Below, one piece after another: positions 25,145 through 34,732 of a stretch of DNA of 64,000 nucleotides. The stretch spans positions 103,416,001 to 103,480,000 of the forward strand of contig OZ024741.1 of NCBI GenBank assembly GCA_964016885.1, in the 5' to 3' direction. Every line of letters starts with the position of its first letter. Positions within the stretch are counted from its first letter, which is position 1. The notes beneath the pieces are model-generated. The model saw nothing but the letters and a program-made list of their open reading frames with translations, did not search any database and was not told where the DNA came from. A program made the translations under genes and the position numbers. Source of the stretch: Eledone cirrhosa (lineage: Eukaryota).

Positions 25145-25535
25145 TTAACCCTTTTGATACCAAAATCGCCTAAAACCGGCGCTGATTCTATCGTACAAAA
25201 AAACTTTGTTGTAAAATGCTTACATTTTTCTAAAACCCTTCCATCATAATATTATGAAAGAATCTTTGTTAAGTTCTACGATGCAATAGCTGTATATTTT
25301 AAAGTGTTTATTTTCAAAGTATTTATGTTATTTTCAGATAATTTTGAAAATTATCAAACATTTGGTAGAATTTAGTAATAAAACCAACTTGTTCATTATT
25401 AATCTGGTGTTCTTTCGTGAAATTATTATGGAAAACATTAAGATAAATATAAACACCTTTAAAATAAACACTTTAAAATATATAGCTATTGTGTCGTAGA
25501 ACCAGTGGCAGTCTCAGGCGGGTTGTTATGAAAGT
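25145..25535. mobile_element. Degenerate MITE-like element with inverted ends
   Basis: Starts TTAACCCTTTTGATACC. 25274-25328 is inverted against 25445-25501, and the outer ends are imperfectly complementary. Confidence 0.4.
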
Positions 25536-25798
25536 CCTATGGTAAAAGTTGAATGTTTCATTGAGATAAAATATAGAGACTAACTGAGTGTTTAACAATA
25601 AAGTCTGACGGTTGGAGATAGCAGTATGATATGAGAATCAACATAATAACTACTATATATATGAAGTCACAAACACTTATTAACAAAAGATATCTTTAAA
25701 AATGGTGTAATCAGACGGAGTGGTGGAGCTGGTTTAAGGCGGTTGTGGTGGGGGCTAGCACAAAGATGGGCGCGCGCACATACACAATATATATACAT

Positions 25799-25844
<46 letters not shown>

Positions 25845-25847
<3 letters not shown>

Positions 25848-26260
25848 CAATCAATGTCATAATTACTATATATGAAGACACAAACAGCTTGTGACGAAAG
25901 AGAATTTTTTTTAATGTGTAATAGTTTATTTGCTCCCTGCTGGTTGCCGTGGCGTAGTGGTAAGGTCTCGGGTAACCAAGTTCATTTGGTTTCATTTCGA
26001 AACCCATTTGGAACCACTTTCACTAGTGTTCCTCCTCTTACCCTTGAGGATAGTTTACATAATTCCACATCTCTTCCTCCCTCTCTCATTCCTCCTTCTC
26101 TCTCCACTTGCCCCACTCCCTTCACGCACTCTCTCCTCTCACCCTAATCCCTCCCTAACAAATCATTGAAACAGAAAATGTCGTTATTTGTTAACCCCAC
26201 CCTAAAAACATGATTTGGAAGCAAGGGAAACAGTAAGCCCGTACACGGTAGCTTGAGCTA
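25845..26260 (+). repeat. Dispersed repeat with a tRNA-like head (copy of 20880-21345)
   Basis: GGTTGCCGTGGCGTAGTGGTAAGGTCTCGGG...TTTCGAAACCC. Confidence 0.65.
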
Positions 26261-26659
26261 GAAATAGTAACCGAATCTCACTCTTATATTCTTCCGGCTT
26301 TAAAATGTTATTTAATGTTGTATATCTAAAATACAAAAACACGGAATGGTCGTGGTTAGATTGCTTTAAATGTGTGGTCTACTGGATGAAGATTGAGCTA
26401 GGATTAAACGACAAAATTTCCTCTACACCAAAGGTTCTCAAAAAGATTTTTCCGTAGAACACTTTGTACAATTTTCCAAAAAATCGTGAAATCAATCGAG
26501 TACCAGTCTAGAGAGATGGATTAGTGAAATTGTTAGAGTGACGGAGATGCTTTCGATATTTGTTCCGACTCTTTGCATTCTGAGTTCAAATCACAATGTG
26601 GCCTACATGGGTGGTAGACTTAAGCAGTCACTCTGTTCCCAGATGCCTTTAATGGAGTT

Positions 26660-27585
26660 TATTCTCTTTAACACCACCACCTGGCTCTTGGGTGCCTGAT
26701 TGGGGTCCGCTCTGCTTAATACCACCATCTAGCTCTGGAATGTTTTAGTGGGATTCGCCCTGTTGAATACCACAACTTGGATCTTCGGGACTTTTATTGG
26801 GGGTCCACGCTGTTTAGCACCACTACCTTGCCCTTGGGGTTCTTTAGTGGGGTCTACTCTCTTTAACACCATCACCCACGCCTTAGGTGTCTTTAGTGGA
26901 GTTCACTCAGTTTAATTTCACGATCTTGCTCTTGGATACCTTTATTGAGGTCCACTTTGTTTAATACCACCATCTGGTTCTTAATGGTTTTACTGGTGTC
27001 CTCTTTGTTTAATACTACCATCTGGCTCTTAATGGTTTTACTGGTGTCCTCTTTGTTTAATACTACCATCTGGCTCTTAATGGTTTTACTGGTGTCCTCT
27101 TTGTTTAATACTACCATCTGGCTCTTAATGGTTTTACTGGTGTCCTCTTTGTTTAATACTACCATCTGGCTCTTAATGGTTTTACTGGTGTCCTCTTTGT
27201 TTAATACTACCATCTGGCTCTTAATGGTTTTACTGGTGTCCTCTTTGTTTAATACTACCATCTGGCTCTTAATGGTTTTACTGGTGTCCTCTTTGTTTAA
27301 TACTACCATCTGGCTCTTAATGGTTTTACTGGTGTCCTCTTTGTTTAATACTACCATCTGGCTCTTAATGGTTTTACTGGTGTCCTCTTTGTTTAATACT
27401 ACCATCTGGCTCTTAATGGTTTTACTGGTGTCCTCTTTGTTTAATACTACCATCTGGCTCTTAATGGTTTTACTGGTGTCCTCTTTGTTTAATACTACCA
27501 TCTGGCTCTTAATAGCTTTACTGGTGTCCACTTTGTTTAATACTACCATCTGGCTCTTAATGGTTTTACTGGGGTCCACTTTGTT
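26660..27585. repeat. 48-bp minisatellite: about 13 homogeneous units (26950-27585) plus about 6 diverged units
   Basis: Unit CTTTGTTTAATACTACCATCTGGCTCTTAATGGTTTTACTGGTGTCCT. Confidence 0.95.
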
Positions 27586-27829
27586 GAGAGCATTCGGAGC
27601 TAAATATCTGGTCTTCCCCCATGACTTAACAACAACAACAGTAGCAGAAAAGGAAACATCTAAATACACTACAATATACACCTAACCACATACACCCACA
27701 ACTAAACCTATACATATACACCTCTCCAACTCATATACTCAGCTAAACAATTCAACACACACAAGCGACCTCCTGCACACTCTTTAACACATAGATACGC
27801 CACTGTACTCACGTTACAGTCAAACGGTC

Positions 27830-28911
27830 AGCCAGTTTTCTGTCCATTTCTATCCAGTCTGTCTTTCTACCTATGTCTGATATTTGTCTGTGTGTCTGTC
27901 TCCTTATCGGCCTGTCTTTCTATCTGCCTCTCAACCTGTGTGTCTGACTATCTCTCAGTCTGTCTCTGTCTGATCTTTGTGTATGTGTGTCTCTCTGCCT
28001 GTTAGTCGGTCTGTAACTGTCAGATTGCCTGTGTCTGATGTGTGTGTGTATGTCTCTCAGTCTGTCTGTCAGTCTGTCAGTCTGTCAGTCAGTCTTTCTG
28101 TCAGACTGTCTGTCAGTTAGATGTCTGTCTATTTGTCGCTTTTTTTGTCAGCCTGTGTATGCCTGTGTTTGTGTCTGTCAGTCTGGTAGTTTCTCTCTCT
28201 CTATCAGTCTGTATGTATGTCTATGTATCAATATATGTGTGTGTGCATGTGTGTGTATGTGTGTGTGTGTGTGCGTGTGCAAGTGTGTGTTTGTGTGTTT
28301 GTGTGTGTCAGTATGAATGAATATGTGTGTGTCCTTGAATCTGCTGTCGGTCAATCTGTTAGTCCCCATGTGATTCTGGCTGTTATTGTCTGTCAGTCGA
28401 CCAATATATAAGTAGCATGTTTGTCACTGTGTTTTCCTGTCTGTATGTGTCTGATGTCTGTGTGTGTGTGTGTGTGTCAGTCGCTCTGTCACTATGTCAA
28501 TCTGTGTGACAGTCTGTATACATGTGTGTCTGTGTGTGTGTGTACCTGTCTGTCAGACTGTCAGTCTGTCAGTCTATCAGTCTGTCAGTCTGCCAGTCTA
28601 TCAGTCTGTCAGTCTGTCAGTCTGTCAGTCTGTCAGTCTATCAGTTTATCAGTCTGTCAGTCTATCAGTCTGTCAGTCTATCAGTCTATCAGTTTATCAG
28701 TCTGTCAGTCTGTCAGTCTATCAGTCTATCAGTCTATCAGTCTGTCAGTCTATCAGTCTGTCAGTCTATCAGTCTATCAGTTTATCAGTCTGTCAGGCTG
28801 TCAGTCTGTCAGTCTGTCAGTCTGTCAGTCTATCAGTCTGTCAGTCTGTCAGTCTGTCAGTCTGTCAGTCTATCAGTCTATCAGTCTGTCAGTCTGTCAG
28901 TCTATCAGTCT
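27830..28911. repeat. (TCAGTCTG/TCAGTCTA)n satellite, degenerate and TG-mixed distally, homogeneous from about 28549
   Basis: Direct reading. Runs straight into the first array element. Confidence 0.92.
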
Positions 28912-29086
28912 GAGGATAGTAGACGTGTGTCATATCGCTCTGTGATTTGGATTTTTACCTGCTAATTTTGTGAGTGGATTTTTTTGAATTATTTTGTATA
29001 ATTAACTGTAACCCCTAGTCTGGGACTCTAGACGTCGGGTAAATATATTTTCACCCCTTTTGGGGTGAAAAATAAATATTTGAGAA

Positions 29087-30838
29087 ATGTTTATCGATAT
29101 CGTTGATAACGATATCGTCGAAAACGATATCGCCATATTGGAAGCGAACGCCACGCCGACCAAAAAAACAAGCGGGAAAGAGGGAACAACAGTTCAAACT
29201 GTTGAACAACCCCTCCTCTCCAATGAAAAAAAGAATTTCAATTCAAATGAAAAAATTAATTTTCAAGAAAAAAATAACACCACAAATAAGGAAACCAACA
29301 ACATTACAACAACAAACAAAGACAAAATTTCTTTTGCCCAAACACTCAAGAGAGCCACGGAGTACAAAGCCATTGACATCACGAACGCCAAGGAAAATTT
29401 GCTAGAGGCTAGAAAATACGTATCTTTTGGGGAGGATGGTTCTTTTACGATCAACTCCCCAGAAGAAGTGCGTGAACAGATTTACAAGAATACCGTAAGC
29501 TTCAGAACCATAACCAACGAAACGAGAAAGCCAGCGCAATTGACCGAAAGTCAAATCGAGCTGGTTCTGAAAGAAATTAAAAATGACATACTCTTTATTC
29601 AAAGAGGAAAGCTGTATGCCAGCATTATGGTCCGAATGAAGGACGAAATGCTGGCTCAGAAATATTCGGTGGCACCTATTGTGTCACCACAATACACCTT
29701 CTTCCCCACATATAAAGGAAGAAGAACACAAAGGATAAGAATGTGGAGCCCTACGCCAGAAATTAACATCTGGTCCGTCCTAACAGGATTTACCGACCTA
29801 GATAAGGACATACTAATTTCAGCAGGGGAGTCCACCAGTGGACTGTTCGGGGGGAAAAGTCTGGAGGTTCTCTTACAGATGACACCTGAGAGAATCTCCG
29901 GAATACCCGACCGAGTGCTACTGGATGGGCGAACCTACATAAATATCACAGTGGAAGGCAGGAGACCCTCATGTTACCACTGCGCTGGCAGAGGTCACCT
30001 GAGGACGGCCTGCCCTCTACTAACAACTAAAAAACCACTGCTACAAACACCACAACAACAACAAAAACAACCAGCACCACCATCACAAAAACAACAAAAT
30101 ACACTACCATCTCCACCAGAACAACAAAAACCAACAACACCACCACCACCACAACAACAACAACATCAACAACAGCTCAAGAAAACAACCCAAAACACGG
30201 TCCCACCCAGCCCCACCCCACAGAACACAAATACAAAAACAGTTCATACACAACCCGGAGATATACCCCTCCCCTCCAATACGGAAGAGGAGCTCATATC
30301 GTCGGAAGACGAGGGGGCTCCCTTCCAAAAAGTGAAAAGAAAAAAACGTACACACACCACAACAACAAAAATAACCCCACCTGACAACACAACACAGACA
30401 ATAAAACGCAAACTCACTCAACAACAACAAGCAAAAACAAACACAACAACACAAAAACTCTACACATACATAAACAAAAACAATGAAAACCTAACTTTAA
30501 AAATAGAAACCAACCCTTCGATACAAACCGAAGGGCCGAATTTCGTAACGGCAATGGGGCTCCCTAACCTGAAAATGGTGAAAATCCCACTTGACATTTT
30601 TAAAACTTTAAAAGACATGTACCCTGAGGACGTGGGCCCACCCTGCACCAGGCCACTCAACCGCGTCCTCCTGAAAGGTTTTCCCCTCCCCTCCTCAAAC
30701 ACCCACACAACTCCAAAGATCCCAACCCCTCCACACACTAATACCCCCACACCACCACAAACCACCACCCCACCCATCAACCCCTCCACCAGCCCCATGG
30801 AAACTGAGCGACCCGAACCCCGGGATGCAGAGAGGTAA
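29087..30838 (+). CDS. ORF1p, gag-like nucleic-acid-binding protein (583 aa)
   Basis: CYHCAGRGHLRTAC (CX2CX4HX4C) knuckle, Q/P/T-rich tail, basic KVKRKKR patch. Lies upstream of ORF2. Confidence 0.93.
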   Translation: MFIDIVDNDIVENDIAILEANATPTKKTSGKEGTTVQTVEQPLLSNEKKNFNSNEKINFQEKNNTTNKETNNITTTNKDKISFAQTLKRATEYKAIDITNAKENLLEARKYVSFGEDGSFTINSPEEVREQIYKNTVSFRTITNETRKPAQLTESQIELVLKEIKNDILFIQRGKLYASIMVRMKDEMLAQKYSVAPIVSPQYTFFPTYKGRRTQRIRMWSPTPEINIWSVLTGFTDLDKDILISAGESTSGLFGGKSLEVLLQMTPERISGIPDRVLLDGRTYINITVEGRRPSCYHCAGRGHLRTACPLLTTKKPLLQTPQQQQKQPAPPSQKQQNTLPSPPEQQKPTTPPPPQQQQHQQQLKKTTQNTVPPSPTPQNTNTKTVHTQPGDIPLPSNTEEELISSEDEGAPFQKVKRKKRTHTTTTKITPPDNTTQTIKRKLTQQQQAKTNTTTQKLYTYINKNNENLTLKIETNPSIQTEGPNFVTAMGLPNLKMVKIPLDIFKTLKDMYPEDVGPPCTRPLNRVLLKGFPLPSSNTHTTPKIPTPPHTNTPTPPQTTTPPINPSTSPMETERPEPRDAER

Positions 30839-30861
30839 GTGCCTCTTTCTTTGCCACCAAC

Positions 30862-33800
30862 ATGGCTGTCTTAAGAGTAGGTTGTCTAAATGCGCGTGGC
30901 CTGGGCTCACCTTGGAAGCAAGCTAAACTTCTAAGTGACCTCAGGTCACAATGTGTAAATGTGATGGTTATTTGCGAGGCCCGGATCAGCAGCATGCGAC
31001 AGCTAGCCCCCACCTTTGATGACTTTGAGATGCACGCATCTCTCTGTCAGCCTGGAGGTGGGGGTGGGGTTGTCGTTCTGCTGCAAAAACATCTGGGTCT
31101 CGCTACACAGACGGTACACTTGGACCCGGAGGGTCGACTCGTGGTTCTGGACCTTGGCAATGGCGAAGGCGAAGCTTTTAGGCTTGTCGCCGTATACGCC
31201 CCTTTTGGGGCAATGCGGTCGGACTTCTTCCATCGTCTGGAGACTTTTCTAGGGACGTCCCGCTCCTTGCTTTTAGTGGGGGACTGGAATGGTATCCTAG
31301 ATGCACGTTGGGACTATGTAGGGGCATGTCCCGATAGAGGGGGGTGTAACAGCCTTAAGGGGTTAATCGGCCGATTCGACCTGGCCGATAGATACCGACT
31401 AGATTTTCCGACTGTACCAACCTGGACCTGGTCAAATAACAGTGGTCAATCTAGATCGTACCTAGATAGGTTCTTAGTTAGAATTAAGGATAGGGACTTT
31501 TTAAGTTGTCCAGAAATGCTCATGGTGGGCTATTCAGACCACAAGTTAGTGACCTGCGTAGTCCACCTTGATAGAACGCATAGGCAGGGGCCCGGTTACT
31601 GGAAGCTCAACTTGTCCTTACCGGCAAGTAGAGCTTACAGGGACCGGATTAGAACCTTAGTTAAGGAGCAGTTGACGGGCGCCATCGTCAACAACAGGTG
31701 GTGGGGCTCTCTAAAAAGAGAGATTAGAGTAGTTTCAATAGGAGTTAGTAAGGAGTTAGCCTCAGATAGAAATAGGAAGGAAAGGGAGTTGGTAGTTAAT
31801 GTTGAAGAGGCAATGAGAAGCGGCAACGTGGCCAGAGTGCAAGCGTCGAGAACGGTCTTGAACCAGTTCTTCGACGCGAAACACGAAGGCTGCGTTGTCC
31901 GAAGCAAAATACGTGCTCTGGGAAACGAGGGGACCAAAGCTGTTAGCTGGGCCCGCGTGACAGAAGCGAAAAGTGGGATTAAATCCACTATCCGGTCTTT
32001 GCGAGACCAGGATGGACGGCTGATCCTTGAACCTAAGCAAATGTGCGAGGCCTTTCAAAGGCACTTTGCCCAATTGTTCGGGAGGGGCGGGGAGCCGGTT
32101 GGAGATGTGGATTTCGGTCCATACCTCGACGGCCTGCCGCGTCTTTCGGACAGGGAGGCGAGGTCCTGCGACGGGCCGATCTCAGCTGCTGAAATAGGGG
32201 ACGTGCTGAGCCTATGCGGCAAACGCAAATCTCCAGGACTCGATGGTCTGCCCTACGAACTATATATTAATATGCCGGACTTGTTCCCCGATCTCCTCGA
32301 GGCGGTCTACTGCAACTGGCAACAGAACGGGAGAATTCCCTGTTCTGTGACCAAGGGCGTAGTCTCGCTAGTGAGGAAGGACGAGAACAAGGGGGATGAC
32401 ATTAGTAATTTTAGGCCCATAACTCTGCTAAATGCAGAGTTAAAGATTTTGGCGAAGGTGTTAGCGAAGAGGTTGGCGCTTGTCGTGGGGGGCCTGGTGG
32501 GAGATGCGCAGACATGCGCTATCCCGTCCAGGTCCATCCACGACAACCTCCACCTCATGCGATACATCATAGAGAGGGTTGGGAACGAACCCGGCTTTGG
32601 TGGGGCCCTGATAAATTTAGATCAGTCTAAAGCGTTCGATAGGGTGGACCATGGTTACCTGGATGCGGTGCTAGCGGCGGCTGGGTTCGGACCCGTTTTC
32701 AGGGGCTGGATCACTGCCATGCACAGCAGCCGCATCTGCTCTAGAATCAAGGTGAACGGCTACCTTTCGGAGCCGTTCGAAATCACCCGCTCCATCCGAC
32801 AGGGGTGCCCTCTCTCCTCCCTTCTGTATGTATTGACTCTCGAGCCATTACTGCGGAAGTTGGAGTTGTTGCAGGGCATCCCTTTGGAACCGGGATTGCG
32901 CAAAGCGGTGTCGGCCTACGCCGATGACGTAACAGTAATGGTGTCGACCGCCTCGGAAATCGAGGCAATCGGCACCTTACTAGAGGAGTACGAAAGGTTG
33001 ACAGGGGCTAAGCTGAACCGGGACAAGTCAGTCGCTTTGCAACTCGGCGAGTGGAGGGGCAAAGCGATGTCGTGCGACGGTATCGTCGGACGGTGGACGG
33101 AGGGCCCGGTGAAGTTGCTTGGGGTCTGGTTCGGACCGGACCTCCAGGTGGAGAAAAACTGGGGTGAGGTGACGAATAGGGTGTTTGCACTGACCCAGAA
33201 GTGGGCTGAGTGCAAACTATCCCTAAAAGGTCGGGCGGAGGTGGCGAACGCTTACATAGCGTCCGTCATCTATTACCGCTTGACTGTCGTACCTTGCCCG
33301 GGTGAGATCCTCGCCAAAATGGAGCGCGCCCTCTTTTATTTCCTTTGGAAGAAGAGGTCTCCTCTAGTGAGGAGATCCATCTGCTGTCAACACCCTTTGA
33401 AAGGAGGGCTGGGGATGCCGTGGCTAAAAATGCGTAAACACGCATTGAGGCTAAGGCACCTCCACGTATTCCTCACCGGTCAACCGGTGTGGGCCCCGTT
33501 TGTGAGGCGAGCCTTCCCGAGGCTCGTCTCGCTCACCGAGCTGCAGTCCTGGGTGAAGCAAAGACCGAGAAAACTGGGCGACTGGCACACCGAGTGTGCC
33601 CAGGCGCTCACGGCTCTCTGGCAGGCGGACCCGGCTATCGACGGAGACTCCACCTCGTCATTCTATAGAGGGCTGGTGGTTAGCGGGTGCGACGACGCCC
33701 TCGGAGAAGCCCTAGGCATGGAGGAGGACGAACTGGCCAGTCTATTCGGTAGGACTTTCGGCCCGGGACCTATGGACAACTTCCAGAAGTCCTTGGCCTG

Positions 33801-34299
33801 GCAGTGCTACCGAGGGGCTCTGCCCGTTCGGGATAAGCTCTACAGACACGGGCGCCCGGGTAGGGACCCCTCGAAAAAGATCTGTCCCAGATGCGTGCGC
33901 GACGAGGAAACCGTCGCGCACGCATTGGTGCACTGCCCGGGCGTTGCCGATCTGTGGGGCTATGTTGAACAACTGCTGTCACGGGTGGGACCAATTAGGT
34001 TGACCACCGAGTCCATTGTAACGATCAAGCCGCCTCCCCCCTTCAAAAATGAAGGAGAGGCGGTCTTCCTCTGTGTAATAGCCATGGTAAAAGAGGCTAT
34101 ATGGTGGACGCGTCTGAAAGGGCTGAGGTCGGACACCTTTCTCTCCGGCCAACAACTGGTCCTTTTTTTCCGATACCATTTCGGAAGAAGGATCAGGATG
34201 GAGAGAGAGGTGCTCCACTCCAGCCAGTTTTATGAAAGGTGGGTGAAAGTTGCGAGAATGGCCCGTGTGAATGGGCCTTCTCTCTACCTCAGCCTGTAG
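30862..34299 (+). CDS. ORF2p, APE endonuclease-reverse transcriptase-zinc finger (1145 aa)
   Basis: NARG, CE, VYAP, GDWN, YLDR and SDH endonuclease motifs. GPGYWKLN linker. KSPGLDG, FRPITLLN, DQSKAFDRV, QGCPLS and YADD RT motifs. CPRC..ETVAHALVHC finger. Kozak-like GCCACCAACATGG. Confidence 0.97.
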   Translation: MAVLRVGCLNARGLGSPWKQAKLLSDLRSQCVNVMVICEARISSMRQLAPTFDDFEMHASLCQPGGGGGVVVLLQKHLGLATQTVHLDPEGRLVVLDLGNGEGEAFRLVAVYAPFGAMRSDFFHRLETFLGTSRSLLLVGDWNGILDARWDYVGACPDRGGCNSLKGLIGRFDLADRYRLDFPTVPTWTWSNNSGQSRSYLDRFLVRIKDRDFLSCPEMLMVGYSDHKLVTCVVHLDRTHRQGPGYWKLNLSLPASRAYRDRIRTLVKEQLTGAIVNNRWWGSLKREIRVVSIGVSKELASDRNRKERELVVNVEEAMRSGNVARVQASRTVLNQFFDAKHEGCVVRSKIRALGNEGTKAVSWARVTEAKSGIKSTIRSLRDQDGRLILEPKQMCEAFQRHFAQLFGRGGEPVGDVDFGPYLDGLPRLSDREARSCDGPISAAEIGDVLSLCGKRKSPGLDGLPYELYINMPDLFPDLLEAVYCNWQQNGRIPCSVTKGVVSLVRKDENKGDDISNFRPITLLNAELKILAKVLAKRLALVVGGLVGDAQTCAIPSRSIHDNLHLMRYIIERVGNEPGFGGALINLDQSKAFDRVDHGYLDAVLAAAGFGPVFRGWITAMHSSRICSRIKVNGYLSEPFEITRSIRQGCPLSSLLYVLTLEPLLRKLELLQGIPLEPGLRKAVSAYADDVTVMVSTASEIEAIGTLLEEYERLTGAKLNRDKSVALQLGEWRGKAMSCDGIVGRWTEGPVKLLGVWFGPDLQVEKNWGEVTNRVFALTQKWAECKLSLKGRAEVANAYIASVIYYRLTVVPCPGEILAKMERALFYFLWKKRSPLVRRSICCQHPLKGGLGMPWLKMRKHALRLRHLHVFLTGQPVWAPFVRRAFPRLVSLTELQSWVKQRPRKLGDWHTECAQALTALWQADPAIDGDSTSSFYRGLVVSGCDDALGEALGMEEDELASLFGRTFGPGPMDNFQKSLAWQCYRGALPVRDKLYRHGRPGRDPSKKICPRCVRDEETVAHALVHCPGVADLWGYVEQLLSRVGPIRLTTESIVTIKPPPPFKNEGEAVFLCVIAMVKEAIWWTRLKGLRSDTFLSGQQLVLFFRYHFGRRIRMEREVLHSSQFYERWVKVARMARVNGPSLYLSL

Positions 34300-34732
34300 G
34301 TGGAACAGAAAGAAGGGAGCACTCTCTCTTTGTGCTCCCGTGGAGAAGGGTCGCACACTTTTTTTTCGGGGGTGTGTGTGACCCCAAAACGATCCCTCCC
34401 TATTGAGGACCTTCTTGTTATTATTCTGTTTGTTATATTTTTCTTACTCGATTTTTATGTAAACTCCCCCCACCCATGTAAATGTCCCTTTCTTTTGTGC
34501 CCTAGTGGCAAATAAACAGAAATTAGTCTGTCAGTCTGTCAGTCTATCAGTCTGTCTGAGGATAGTAGACGTGTGTCATATCGCTCTGTGATTTGGATTT
34601 TTACCTGCTAATTTTGTGAGTGGATTTTTTTGAATTATTTTGTATAATTAACTGTAACCCCTAGTCTGGGACTCTAGACGTCGGGTAAATATATTTTCAC
34701 CCCTTTTGGGGTGAAAAATAAATATTTGAGAA

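Larger units (their letters stand above)
28912..34524 (+). mobile_element. Full-length intact L1/Tx1-type non-LTR retrotransposon, array unit 1 (5613 bp)
   Basis: 175-bp 5' UTR, ORF1, ORF2, and a 3' UTR with AATAAA at 34511. No poly(A). Bounded by the octamer repeat. Confidence 0.97.

Noticed and set aside
26950-27585. CRISPR-like regular repeat
   Set aside because: Units are contiguous with no unique spacers, there are no cas genes, and the context is eukaryotic.
28038-28965. ORFs rich in SVSLSVCQ
   Set aside because: Translation of the octamer satellite, with no coding evidence.
29103-34515. Short overlapping and antisense ORFs repeated in every array unit
   Set aside because: Shadows of ORF1, ORF2 and the UTR. 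They recur only because the unit is repeated, and have no motifs.
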